From: Antedon mediterranea
Taxonomy: Eukaryota; Animalia; Echinodermata
Assembly: GCF_964355755.1 (NCBI RefSeq)
Contig: NC_092677.1
Span: 10,314,101 to 10,378,100, forward strand
Reading direction: 5' to 3'
Length of the DNA stretch: 64,000 nt
Shown in pieces: positions 12,901 through 25,600 of this stretch; position 1 is the first letter of the stretch; the number at the start of each line of letters is the position of its first letter. A program made the translations under genes and the position numbers. A model generated the notes under the pieces. It made no database searches, was not told where the DNA came from, and saw only the letters and a program-made list of their open reading frames with translations.

Positions 12901-14938
12901 CTTTACGGTAGCATTCTGAACAGTTATCATGTACATCTATCTTCGTAAACTTGCAACTTGACGCGTCATCATTTTCACAATTCAGCGTAGCAATGTTTCC
13001 TTTTGCGTTCGCATGGCTATACACAATAAACGATATTCATAAAAAAGATCACGTGAAGATTTTGTTTTTGTTGATTGGTGAAATGGATGAATACAATTAA
13101 ATTGTATTATGCTGCTTAGTATGTTTTTGTAATAATAAAGTATTAGACAATATTTACGATATTGGGCTAACTAAAAGTTAGATATAGGCTTAGATGACTG
13201 CAGAGTAGGCCTAATTAACAAAAATGAAATCGGCAAATGAGAGGCATAGAGAAATTGAACAGTACCTTTAAAAAATGATTAGACAGAGAACGTTTGTTTT
13301 TAGGCTTTATCACGTTCAATGTTTTGTTGTTGCACCTTTTCTTGTTTAAATGAAATCTGTAGGCCTATCGATATTTTTGTAAAATAATAGTAATAACCAA
13401 ATATGTTTAGTAAATGTTACTTTATTTATTTTGTATTATTTGTTTAATGTAACCGAGAGTAATGTACCGTAATTTATATTGTTTTATGCAAATCTTATTA
13501 TGTGAACGTTAATTACGACGTGTCGGAGCCTCTGAGACGATGCGAGATAGAGAGAAAGAGGTCGTGGTCCCTTAAAAGAGGTGGTCACTTACGAGATGTG
13601 TTCTCGTTAAGAGAGGTAGTCAATTATGAGAAGTGATCCCTTATGAGAGGAGGTGATCCCTTACGAGAAGATGTCGATTATGAGAAGCGATTCCTTAACA
13701 GAGATGGTTGCTTACGATGTGTGGTCGTTTTAGAAAGTTGGTTGTTTACGAGAGGTGGAAAGACTGATAGCTAAGTAAAGATCGATGCATTTGCACATGA
13801 ATTAGACTTTTTTGTAAAATATAAATAACATTTTCTACATTAGCTGGCGATAGTAACTAGGCCTACATAAGCTGGGAGGCAATTTCGTTACTACATAAGC
13901 TGTTGACTGTTTCTACATTAGCTGGTGTTGATTTTTATTTACTACATAAGCTGTTGGTGTTTCTACATAAGCTGGAGGTTTTACTACATAAGCGGCGGAT
14001 TGTTCTACATTAACGGTTGTTTCGACATTAGCTGGCGTTTTCTATATTAACGGTTGTAACACGGCACTCTATATAGCGCCAATAGACAATCGATGGTGAC
14101 ATTTACGCCGCGTTTAATGCGATTTTCTCGGACAAACCGTGAGGCAATTACCCGTGAAATTATTCAAATTTCTCTGTTGCTAACTGCTCACGGTAACATT
14201 GAGTTCGCCTTGCCAAGATAGGAAAGTAGGAACGCAGTCCTTTGATATAATGTCTGGCTGCGACAAATACCAACTGTACTGTAGTATGTACATATTCTCC
14301 GCGCGGCGCACGGTGCTTGTTCAAGGGCGTGGAACTGATCATGTCGCAGCTACAGATTATCCGCTTGATCTCCTCCGAGCTTAGCATCCTGTTGTTAGAT
14401 GCCTTGGTAATACCAGGGAGTTATTTTCCAACTCCCTGGTAATACTGTAATAATCAAAATCACAAACCTTACCTTGTTACATTTTCGTAGTATACAAATC
14501 CTAGATGCTGTAGGGATGTACTTGTACAGGCGGCTTTAGCTTCAGTATCTGTGAATAATTGATGAGGTGTCTCTACGATCGTATACGTTTCTCCTCCTTC
14601 CATTACTGTTAGTACACCGACACTTGGATTCACACCTAAATTCAGGCTAAATTGTATCTCTGCTGCGCCTGCAAAAGAAATGAAATTAAGTCTGATTTAG
14701 TATGCTCTGGTAGAAAAAATGACCTCTTGTCTTACCGTTGCATGCGACATCTAATTGAGTTTCGTAGGCTTATATATCATGAATGCACGGATCGACGTCC
14801 AGTTTTGTCTCTCGTCCGCCGACGGTAATTACATAAATTAATATTTTTTTAAATATCAATAGCGCACTTACTTGACATATGAGCCATGAAACATGCTAGT
14901 ATTAGAAACGAACCAAGATAATATACTAAACTCGTCAT
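9906..14938 (-). CDS. Secreted, probably GPI-anchored protein B with two divergent SRCR-like domains, about 328 aa
   Basis: Seven exons with GT-AG sites and compatible phases: 14938-14872 (signal peptide MTSLVYYLGSFLILACFMAHMS), 14668-14473, 13016-12874, 12340-12145 (EGAMK...ATAKVICKNEGL), 11508-11348, 10586-10560 (27-bp microexon), 10102-9906 (S/P/Q linker plus hydrophobic tail LTLRVVWVSILVAGLISAR*). Total 987 nt, in frame. Confidence 0.8.
13555..14062. repeat. Two adjacent degenerate short tandem arrays, probably transposon subterminal repeats
   Basis: About 22-bp GAGAGGTGGTCGCTTAC units at 13555-13760, then TACATAAGCTGG units at 13835-14060. Confidence 0.7.
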
Positions 14939-15521
14939 GATTTTTTGATGCGCAACGTTGTTACTATATACGTTTAAATAAAAAACTCCACAACAAGATT
15001 GAGTAGATCTTTGATGTTGGAGTTCATTTGTATTACTAAACAAAACGATCGAGAACCAGTACATATTATAATATTGTTTGATATTCTTGAGTGGAACTTC
15101 CATAGTCTATTTTTAGATTTATACTATAATTTCCATATACGACCACAATAATTACTTTCCATATACAAGGTGTTACAAAACACACATCATTGCACAACCT
15201 GATTGGTTATTAGTTGTCAGAGGAAACAATTCGTTGTTCCTAATAAACGATAAGGGATTTGAGAATTTTCCTTATAAATTTTGACACTCCACCATCGTCA
15301 GGATGTTGGCCGTTAACATTCGAAAGACTAATTCTATTACACTGTCTGTTTATTTCTGTGACGGTGGTTGGTAGGCCTAATCATGTTTCCTGTCTTCAAT
15401 GCCACAGTATAATAAAATAAATTAATTACTAATTATATTTTTAATGATGATAATAATGAAATGAAAAATAGATAATGACATTAACTCCATCATAAAGGTT
15501 AAGTATTATTCTGTTCTGTAA

Positions 15522-15680
15522 AGCTTTGTCTACACTTTCAAACTTTATGTGTCAAAAAAATGTGATGTGCCCATATATGGACATGATGATGTCATATTAC
15601 TACCATATTTAAGCATAGCACTACCATATAGGCACATCAAACTTTTTTGACACATAAAGTTTGATAGTGTAGACAAGGCT
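15522..15680. mobile_element. MITE family 1, full copy
   Basis: TIRs AGCTTTGTCTACACT...AGTGTAGACAAGGCT. Confidence 0.8.
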
Positions 15681-17080
15681 TTAGATTATTTTGTTTTACT
15701 ATTTCATTTTACTTGTATAATTCACTTCTTATTTAAGATTTAAATGTTATTTTTTATACTTTTCTTTTTGTTTTATATTGCCTTGTAAATGAACGCCTTA
15801 TAAACGTGTGCTGCTGATTCAAAGGCGTTTGTTAAATAAAGTTTAGAAAAGTTTAGTTCGTAAACTAAATCATTAATAGGGGTTGTTAATACATCACTCT
15901 AAATTTAAAACAGATTTAATGATTGAATGAAATTATTTCTGTCTTATTTCAAGATGGAAAGAATACTTTAATACGTACTAATTTAACCATGACACGAACT
16001 ACTTTTAATTGTAGTACTGTAAATACCGGTATCTAATTTGAGAGAATCAAAATCTTGAAATATTTCGAATTGTTAATAATATCGGGGTATTAGGCCTAAG
16101 GTCTTTTTTTAATTTTTAAGTTTTGACTGGCTTACATTAAAAAAAATACGTGTTTTGTGGAGGTGCATTTATCTGATCACAAACCATCTGATTAACCCCA
16201 GAAGGTAGAAAGGCATATTTTTTGTTAAAGTTAAAAAGAAACTAAAACTTTTCGTGTATTGTGTGGGCAGAATAGAAACCGGATTTAAGAATTAATTTAT
16301 TATTTTTTTGAAATATTGTTGGTACTTGAAACATTGTTGTACAAAAATGCCAAGGGACTAAATATTCTCACGCTTTACTTGATTTTGGTGCAATGTTAGT
16401 GCTGGCTGTGTCTCTTTTGTATTCCTTCAACCCGGTATTTTTTAAACGGAAGAAGTGGCTGTGCATTGTTCAGTTAAAGACGTGCTTTTTTAATCAGTAT
16501 ATTAATCAATACTAATATAAAGTATCAATACCTCCGAACCTTTCTGTTTGTTGGGATTGTAAAAACTTATTTTTGAGTTGAGAGTTGCAGCTATAGACTT
16601 TATTTACTCTGCTGCTTCGTTCTTTCTGTAATAAATCCCGACTCAAAGCCAATCTCCTCTAAAACTAGTTTGAAAAAAAAAGTGTGATGTGCCCAAATAT
16701 GGTAGTAATAGGCCCAAATATAGTAGTGATATGGCATCATCTTGTCCATGAGCATTATTTTTTTGTCACATAAATCAATTTGACAGTGTAGACAGAGCTT
16801 CAGACTTAAATCCTGGAAGTAAATTGCCTTGTTCCAGGAAGTGTTCAGTTATTATTATTCCAATTCTTCCGCTTTCCAGCAACCTGAGTCACGTATTTTA
16901 TTTACGATTCCTCAATAGGCCTATATTTTTTCGTTATATGGACTTTCTTCCTTGTTAAACTCAACTCAATCAATTATTAGGGGAAAAACGGGGAAAAAAT
17001 ATTTTTTCACTTACAAAATGACAAAACCCGTCGCTGGAATGCCAAAACTGCTTTCAAGTTTACATTTGTATTCGATCCAA

Positions 17081-17189
17081 TTTTTAGTCGCGTGGACGCG
17101 ACTCTATAGTTCACTATGTCGGTCGGTCTGTCTGTCGGTCCGGTATCACTATGCGTTTTAGCACGCGACTTATGGCTGTTGGCCTTGTT
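17081..17189 (+). mobile_element. Short non-autonomous Helentron/DINE-1-like element
   Basis: T-rich start, subterminal inverted repeats AGTCGCGT/ACGCGACT, (GTCG/GTCT)n microsatellite, and a 3' stem-loop GGCTGTTGGCC followed by TTGTT. Confidence 0.6.
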
Positions 17190-17849
17190 GGTTTTAAAAA
17201 TAACTATTATGTGACATTAAAATGGCATATTCAACACAAAGTTTTGTAAGAATTATTTTGTCGGGGGGACGGCAATACATCATTAACTCTAGTTAACAAC
17301 AAAAACTCTTCTTCCTCAATTAAAAATTGTAAACAAATGTCTTATTTCTCTTTCGCATGCCTTACCTTAATAAAAAGGTTATTACATTTCCCACAATTTA
17401 TGTTTGACATGAACAATAACAACGTATCCTAAACGCGGGGGTGGATCGGATTTGGAAAACATTTAACATAAATTTAAGTTAAAAAAATTTATAAATGACA
17501 CTTTCAGTTTCATAAACTAGAATAATAAAATAAATTATGTAAACAAAATCTCATCTGTTCACTTTATTTGCATTGAAACTATTAGAATGGACAGCAGAAT
17601 GATAATAATATGATAATATGATACATTTTATCCATCAATTGGTTTGTGTTTGTAAATATTTACAGTACAAAACATTAATTTTATGCACCAAAGTCTAAAC
17701 TTAGAAGTTTGTATAACTTGTATAAAGACTAATCGTTGCCATTACCGTAATTTTCTTTATGAAAGTGATACTGTAGCCTTCTTGGGATGGGATTGATTGA
17801 ACCAACAAAGAGGAAATGTCACTGACGCTCCAAAAAGCAACTTAAAAGT

Positions 17850-18420
17850 TCTCCGCAAATGTGAAAAAACACAGGTCACCCGCAAATCTTTTGTCTTCCC
17901 CACCCCCTCCTTTTTTTAAATATTTATTTCTAACAATTACTTCTTTTTTAGTACTGGTTTCCGTTTTAAAGTGGCCCTGACCGAAGGAAATGCAGTTAAA
18001 AATGTTAACCATACAGATAGGCTGACCAGAAGATGTTAGCAAAGTCCAAATATTCTTTGTGCAATCTAGTAGTACATCTTTCGAGACGAGTAGGGGGTTA
18101 CCCCGGTATAATAGTACATCACAGCCACTGATCATAACTGGGCCCTCTTGGAGACCAGTCTTTGACTGAAGAGGTCGCCCAGAATAAATAAAACATTTTA
18201 ATTCAATCTTGCAGTTTCTACCCTGCATCTGCTACCTAGTATTTTGCTACATTGAATTTGATACCCTTTTAACCCCTCATTTGGATATATGTGTGATCGG
18301 TTATAACTTATACGGATTTCCCAGAAACTTGCCGATATCACAATTTGAGAACAAAAACTACTTACTAACGAAATCCTGGTTTTGTTTGTATTCACATACC
18401 TACCAGGTAAAAACAAGTAT
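17850..18420 (-). mobile_element. Degenerate LINE (L2/CR1-like) 3' fragment
   Basis: Frameshifted reads such as TNKTRISLVS...WE...NRSH, followed by a UTR-like segment with an AATAAA tail region. Confidence 0.4.
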
Positions 18421-18818
18421 TTTTTGTGATTAGCTTAAACATCCGTTTGGAAACTTTTTATATTGTTTTTGTTTTGATGTTGTGAAATATCGATACAGGT
18501 ATATGATTACCAATTCTTTTATTTCTTTCGTTTCTTCCTTTTTTAGTTAATAATATTTCATTTACAGAGGCCTACTTGACCAACACAGGTATAAAATGGT
18601 GTGCGATCTGAATTAAAAATTAGATTTTTATCTCTCATCTCATTCAGTGTATCTCACATTTCTTGCTCGATTTTCTCCCAAATTTCAATACGTTGTTGTT
18701 GAAACAATCCTCTTTCATGAGGCTACTAATTGATTAATAATTATAACAACCAATAATTAATTTAATTTTGCGTATTATGTTATATTTACTGATTGCTAAT
18801 ACCTATCTTTAGAAGTAA

Positions 18819-18994
18819 CCGTATTTATTAGAATAAACACCCCGTTTGGAATATAAAAAAAATTGACATTGACATACATTCTACTATATTATATAAACGC
18901 CTTCCTCGAATAAACTCTAAAAAATAAAAAATAAACTCTAAAAACCCTACCTAACAATAAACACCTCGGGGCGTTCATTAGAATAAAACGGTAT
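18819..18994. mobile_element. Tc1/mariner (pogo/Tigger-like) MITE
   Basis: TIRs CCGTATTTATT..AATAAAC / G..CATTAGAATAAAACGG-TA. Confidence 0.55.
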
Positions 18995-19315
18995 TTACTT
19001 GAGGACACATCTGGAACAGAAGAATATCATGTTTTCATGAATACAGGTATTGATTGATTACAATAATAATGTGTATTTTTTAAAACACATATTTAGCCTT
19101 TGTTTATTTTATGGGAAAGTGTCCCCTGAATATTGGTGTTCCAAAGGAGGGCATTCTACTGTCGTGGCTATAAATGTAGTGGCAAAAAGACAGTGCCTAT
19201 CTAATGGGTTTTCAGAAAAAAGAGCCAAGAGAGATTGTTCACACATCATATTTGTCCAAATTGGAAAAAGCGCAATAATGTTTATTGTACTATAGTTTAC
19301 TTTTGAACTAAGTAC

Positions 19316-20132
19316 TCAGAACACTTTTTTCGGAACATTCGTAATAATCGGTTTAGGTCTTGTTTTAAATACGAGTTTACGTTTAATAATCGCATTCACT
19401 ACATAATGAGTCTTGTCCAATTGTTCGGTGGATTGTGCACCTTGACTTTGCGAGTCATTTAATTGGTCTGTCTCCATTTCCAAAGAATCTGATGATTCCT
19501 GTCCACGTTGTTTCATCATTACAATAAATGGTTTATCAAGGTTGTGTACTTTTCCATACAAAATATGATGTCCAATTATGAAAATTGGAATGCCCTACAG
19601 AAATGGAGAAACAGTTTATTAAGTATTAAGCATCATGATTCATAGAAATACATCTAAAAAGTACTAAAATAAATTACATTATTATATAAAACATATAAAC
19701 AAATTGTCAAATATTTGTTTAAATTAATCAAGGATTCTATAGCGTTTTTAGAAATATAAACAGGTAGGCCTACTTCGAACTTGCCTGTTTATTAAAATGA
19801 AGGTCGCCAATAAAGTTACCCGCCAACTGACATTCGTGTCTGGATTCTAGTCGACCCTGCAGCTCGATAAGCAACCACTCTGGGCAAACATCAACATTTT
19901 TCCTATAAATAATAAAACGATCATGTCAACAAATTGGGGCGAATCGACTTGAGGCCACTATCTGTATGTAAAGATGCCGGACTGTTGTGCTGTCGTCGCC
20001 AAACCATGCACGATCGATCAGGCCTAAAATTGAATATTGCCATGTTAGGCCTAATATAATTTCTATATTTCAAAATATATTGTATGACATAACAGTACTT
20101 GCCCCTTACATTTTCACTACTATCTGTACCAT
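19316..20132 (-). CDS. CHTF8: Chromosome transmission fidelity protein 8 (Ctf18-RFC subunit), 139 aa
   Basis: Exons 20132-20110 (MVQIVVK), 19902-19785 (EWLLIELQG...[11 protein letters not shown]), 19594-19316 ([23 protein letters not shown]...[20 protein letters not shown]). These motifs are recognisable against vertebrate CTF8. Intron 2 uses a GC donor. Confidence 0.95.
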
Positions 20133-20929
20133 ATTTATGAATGTTATTATTTAAAACAAATAAATAAATTGGGCCTAGGCTAGGGACTGGCATATATTTT
20201 TCAATTTATCTTTCTGCATTTGAATAGTGTTCAGTTTGAAAGAGTATATAATCGTAAGCATTTTAAACTTTAAATCAACAAAATTGATTGAGTATTTCGA
20301 AAGTTATGAATAAAATAAGGTGTAAAAATTTGGCACCATCACTATCCTTTGTTTACATAGGAATCCCCACCCCGCGTTTGTGACCTTGTACACAAATAGT
20401 CACTGGGTGAAAATACTACTAAAACACATATAAATACATTTTATGAACATATTTTTAATTAGAAAGTTGATGGTGACAAATATATATTTGCATAATACCA
20501 CATTTTGTTTGGAAATTGTGTCAAAATCACAAAAATAAGATAAAAAGTACTTATTTTATGTTTACCCTCTCCCCGGACTGCGCGAATGTCCCGGAGGAAT
20601 ACCCCCACCTCAGCCAGGCTGTGTGATGACGTCATCAGGCACTTCGCGGCCTAGAATTGCTTACTCACCTAGCATCAGGTGATTAAAAACCTTTTGTGAT
20701 CCAATATAGGTGATATTTATGTAAAACCAAAGGCGTACACTGTTAAAATATAAATATATCTAAAATATATAAGCAAAATCCCAAAATATTAGGCATGTTT
20801 TCGATTTTTTCTGATTTTACTAACATTTCGAGCCCAAAATAAAATGTCATCGCGAAGACATGTGGGCAAAGGAATTTCAAATTTTTCATCGGAATTTTCC
20901 GGAAAAGATCGTACAGTCATTCGTTTTTT

Positions 20930-21120
20930 CTGAATAGCCAATCAGAGTTCGTAAATTCATGCGCAAGTTGACCCCTTTTTAACAGGTTAAGGGTCACACT
21001 TGTCTATTCCCTAAAGATGTCTGCTGCCCTCTAGCGGTTTTGCTAGTCGCTACCTAGGCCTAGCTAGGCATCCCCTCTTCCTCTCCTAGCACGTTTTCTT
21101 TTCGCGCGGAAAATTGTAAA
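20930..21120. promoter_or_regulatory. Candidate bidirectional promoter elements between CHTF8 and UTP4
   Basis: AGCCAATCAG (NF-Y box, about 20936), GCTGCCCTCTAGCGG (CTCF-like, 21023-21037) and TTTTCGCGCGGAAA (E2F-like, about 21099-21112) lie in a locally CpG-richer stretch between the divergent genes. Confidence 0.45.
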
Positions 21121-22636
21121 TAAAGTCGTCTCTAAAATTACGGATGGCAGTGCAAGACTACGTTTTAAAGCACTATTTCAATTAGTTGATTATTATGGTC
21201 TTTTCACAATTTTGGCCAATGGTAATAAGGCTTTTATGTACCTTGGACTCGCTTGGACGAACATGCAGCATGCACAAGCACCAAAAAACGTATGATGGAT
21301 AATCAGTCTATATAGTAAAACGTGTTGTGTCTTTTGTTTTCGGCTGGACCCATTAAATGTAACTTTAAACCTTCAGCGTTAATAACTTGTGTATTCATTT
21401 CCTTCCTCTAAACATTAATTAGGTAAAAAATTGTGTTCCTTAGTAGAGCCTAGCTAGTACGGTAGGCTACCACCATGGTCCATGTCGACCGCCACAAAAA
21501 GACTAATCTAAGCCAAGCAAGGGCCAAGGCCCTAGCCTAACTAGCTAGTTAGGCCTGGGTGGGTAGGCCAAGTAGGGCATATGACCGGTTCCGGTTGGGC
21601 TGCCGACAAGTTGAGCCGCCGGTAATTTCAATGAAACGCCCAGTGCGTCTTTTTTACAACATTTCGCATAGTGATTAGAGTGGTGTCCTAGCTAGTACAT
21701 AAGTTCATGGTCTTTAGACTTTAGGTTTGTTGTGTCATGAAAATAAATAACATAATACATATAATTACATACTACAATTTTGTTGGTTTGAACTGCCACA
21801 CAGCAAAAGAAAGTAGTCATATTTAATAATTAAATTGTTTTAATCTTTCAAGGTAAAAATTAAGTGCACTCCATAATATTTTTCTCGCGTCGCACTTACT
21901 GTATAATATAGGCCTACCACGTAAGTGAGTATCGATATTCTTCAAATGAGGTTAAATAATTATTATTTTTTATCTACTTTCTTTTAATATCATATTTTAT
22001 TGTATTTTACAATGTTAATACACAAAATATTTTACTAAAAAACAGTGATTTTATGTAATTATTTTACCGAAAAATGGAATAGGCCTTGTTCATACAACTG
22101 CCGTCTGAGGGGGGCAACACGTTTACGTCATTTTTGGCTAAAAACGATCATTTTCGGTGATGTTTTAGGCCTTATATTTTGGAATCTACAAGTCAGATTT
22201 TCATAATCATTTCTTTAATTGTAACATTTTTTAATAATATATGCTAAAACCGTGATATATAAACTTTTGAATATATTGTTATCCCTAATATAAATAGAAC
22301 TTCTAAAAAGAAACGAGCACCGACGAAAGTTAGCATTTGGCGTTTCATAGAAAATAACGTTTTTATGGCGGCGGCTCAACTTGGCCTAATCCCCAAGTAG
22401 GAGGCCGATTCTAGGTCGTTCCCTAGTAGAGGCTATAAGCCTTACTGGCTAGCCTACAACAAAACTATACTAAATTTTATATTGTTGCAACTAGCCTAAA
22501 ACTTGTTATATTTCATGAAATTAAGTAGATATTTTTATTTTATTGTTAATGCTCAATATAGAAAATTGGAATTCATCTAATGACCCATTATTATTGGTGT
22601 AAATAATTATTGTAATTTGTTCACAGCTTATTCGTT

Positions 22637-25600
22637 ATGTCTGTGAATCGGGAGCGAAGAAAAAGGTATGATCATGCATACTTGTGCAGTTTTTATGCCC
22701 TCTCTTTTTTGGTTATGCTTTCATAATTTGTCTTTGTATTTTACTTTTCAAAATTGTGATGACAGTGTACAGATATTATTTATGTTTATTTGACTTTATT
22801 TTAAAAAAAATGATAGTAGGGGAAGAAGGAAGAAATTGGAAGAACCAATGGCAGTTGATGATGAAATATCTCAATTAAAAAGGTAATGTGAACACATGTT
22901 TAGTTTATTATCAAAATATACAACAATGACAAATGTGAACACATGTTTTGATATTAAGTTATTATAGGACTGGAACATACAGCAATGCCAATGCCAACAC
23001 ATGTTTTGATATTAAGTTTTTTTTGGACTGGAACATACAGCAATGCCAATGTGATCACATGTTTTGATATTAAGTTTATTATAGAACTGGAACATACAGC
23101 AATGACAATGTGAATACATGTCATATAACTTTGATATTAAGTTCATTATAGGACTGGAACATACAGCAATGCCAATGTGATCACATGTTATCTTTATTAT
23201 ACAGCCAACTATATTACTTATGGTCTTGTTTGAGTGTCATATCATGTTAGGTGTGAACTTTGACTTATTATGGTCTGGTGTCCAGCTGCCATTTAGTTAA
23301 TTATCTATAGTAGATAGTACCTGGTTTGTAGCTATAAATTGGACTATTTGTGATTCTCTTTCCGTCAAAAATAAATGTTCGAATCCATAATTCATGTGGT
23401 GTGGTCAATAAATTGACATTGTACAATGTGTTATTGCAGCGAAAGTAGACGAATGAAAAAGAAAATCATAATTGAAGATGAAATGAAAATTAACGATGAA
23501 ATGACTAATTCAGAAATAAAAAGGTATATTATATTAAATCTTGTGCTGTGAACCATTATTTATTGATCTCTCATAATACAGACTGTATATGAATCTTTAA
23601 AATAGTTATGAACAATACATTTTCACAACTATAAAGAATAAAAAGTATAACAGGAGTTTTTGTAGGGTGAGGGTGGGTGTTTCATAATGTTCTTAACTGT
23701 ATTTTTGTTTAATCCAACTAGTGGTGAAGATGTAAAGGATGGGATATGTACGGTACACAGAGTAAAGTTTTTTGACTATCAGCCCACTGCCATTCACTGC
23801 ATGGCTTATGATGAAGATAGTGAACGTTTAGCTGTTGTTAGATCTGATGGCGCCATTGAAATATGGAACATGAAACACAATTTTAATCAGGAACGTGTAA
23901 GTATTATTAGTGTTTTTCAATGGTTTGAATCTTAGACCCTGTTTCTGCTGCCAAGTAAATACTGTATATAGCACCCAAGAAATATTTTTAGCAGAAACGG
24001 GATACTAAAAAATACAATATAAAAAAATACCATATTGTATACCATATTTTAAGTACTTGTAGCAGAAACAACCAACATTGAAAATATTAATTAATAATGA
24101 ATTATTTCAACTTTGCCTTTTCCATTTAGGTTATACCTGGATCACGAACAAGTAAACTAGACTCCGTAACATGGGTCAAAGGTCGTTTATTCACCACTGG
24201 TTTCCAAGGTGACATCACAGAATATGACTTAGTCAAAAACACTGTTAAGGTAAATATTTTAAAGCTCTGTCTACCCTAATGTAATTTGCCCATATATGGA
24301 CATGATGATAAAAATAATATTTATTTCCACAAATAATAGAGCAAAATATAGAGTAACATAATAAATATACAACCGATAATGAACATAATTAATATAATGC
24401 AAGAAAAGAAATATATAAGTGGAAAACGGACACCACAGCAATAGCAGTACAACTAGAACTTCTTCTGAAGGCTACCATATTGGAGTATCACTACCATATG
24501 GGCACATCAGATTTTGTTGGAAAAACTGGTTTGATAGTGTAGACAGAGCTTAAGATCTAGTAGCAATTAATTGCATCTGAATACAATATATGTACAATAT
24601 TTATTGTCATACTGTAGGGCATCAATTATGTTTATTAGTAATGGTTTATTATCCTTTGTGGAATATATCGGGAAAACTACCTATGGGTTTTCCCAAAGAA
24701 TTAACATATCAGTAATTGATTTGTACTATGAATAAATTTCATGGCTCAGCAATGAATTGGAGCATCTCTTACAATCCGTCTTCCTGGGATTAATACAAAT
24801 ACAATAAGCAAAAAGTTATATCAAAACGATAAAATAAAACAGCCAGAAAAATTAGCAGAGCTTAGGTGACACTAGCCCTTCATCAGTGTAGTGAGAGTAC
24901 TTAGATAAAATTGAGAATATAAAGCAGGAAAGTGCTGCCTAATGGCAAAAAAAAAAAAACAAAGGAGGCACATGTACCTATTTATAAAATAAAAAATACT
25001 TTATTATCAAAGAGTAGCTGAAGAAAAAAACTCATACTACAAAATGTTATAGTTCACATACAAATTAAAGAATTTTATCTAATTTTAATCAAGAAAATGA
25101 ATTATGCAACGTTTATTATACATTTATGCAACATAAATTTATGTTATTTTTTTTTTTAGTATTCAGTTTTATATGGGAATGCCGCTTGGTGTCTTGCTGC
25201 AAACCATGCTGGAACGCTGCTTGCTGTAAGTAATAATATGATTTAAAAATTCAATAACCCAACACCCTTAAACTAACAGTCAATACATTCCAAACACTTG
25301 CATATTAAGACCTTGGTCACACTATCATACATCAGTACAAAAACAACTTGCGTGCCCTGAAATATTATATCCAAAATTCCCTAAACATCGTTTAAAGTGT
25401 TGTATATACATCTTCACACCTTCAGATAATCAGCATGGTTTATTTTTGTCTTATATAACTGTATAACATAAACCTCTAAAAGGAAGCCTTTGGGATTCTT
25501 CTTTTTTTGTACTCTTGGGTGGGGTTCTTTTAAAGATTGCTTTTCCAGACCAAAGAGGAGGGGGTGGGGGAGCTTCTTTTCGAGGTTTTACTGTATTTTA

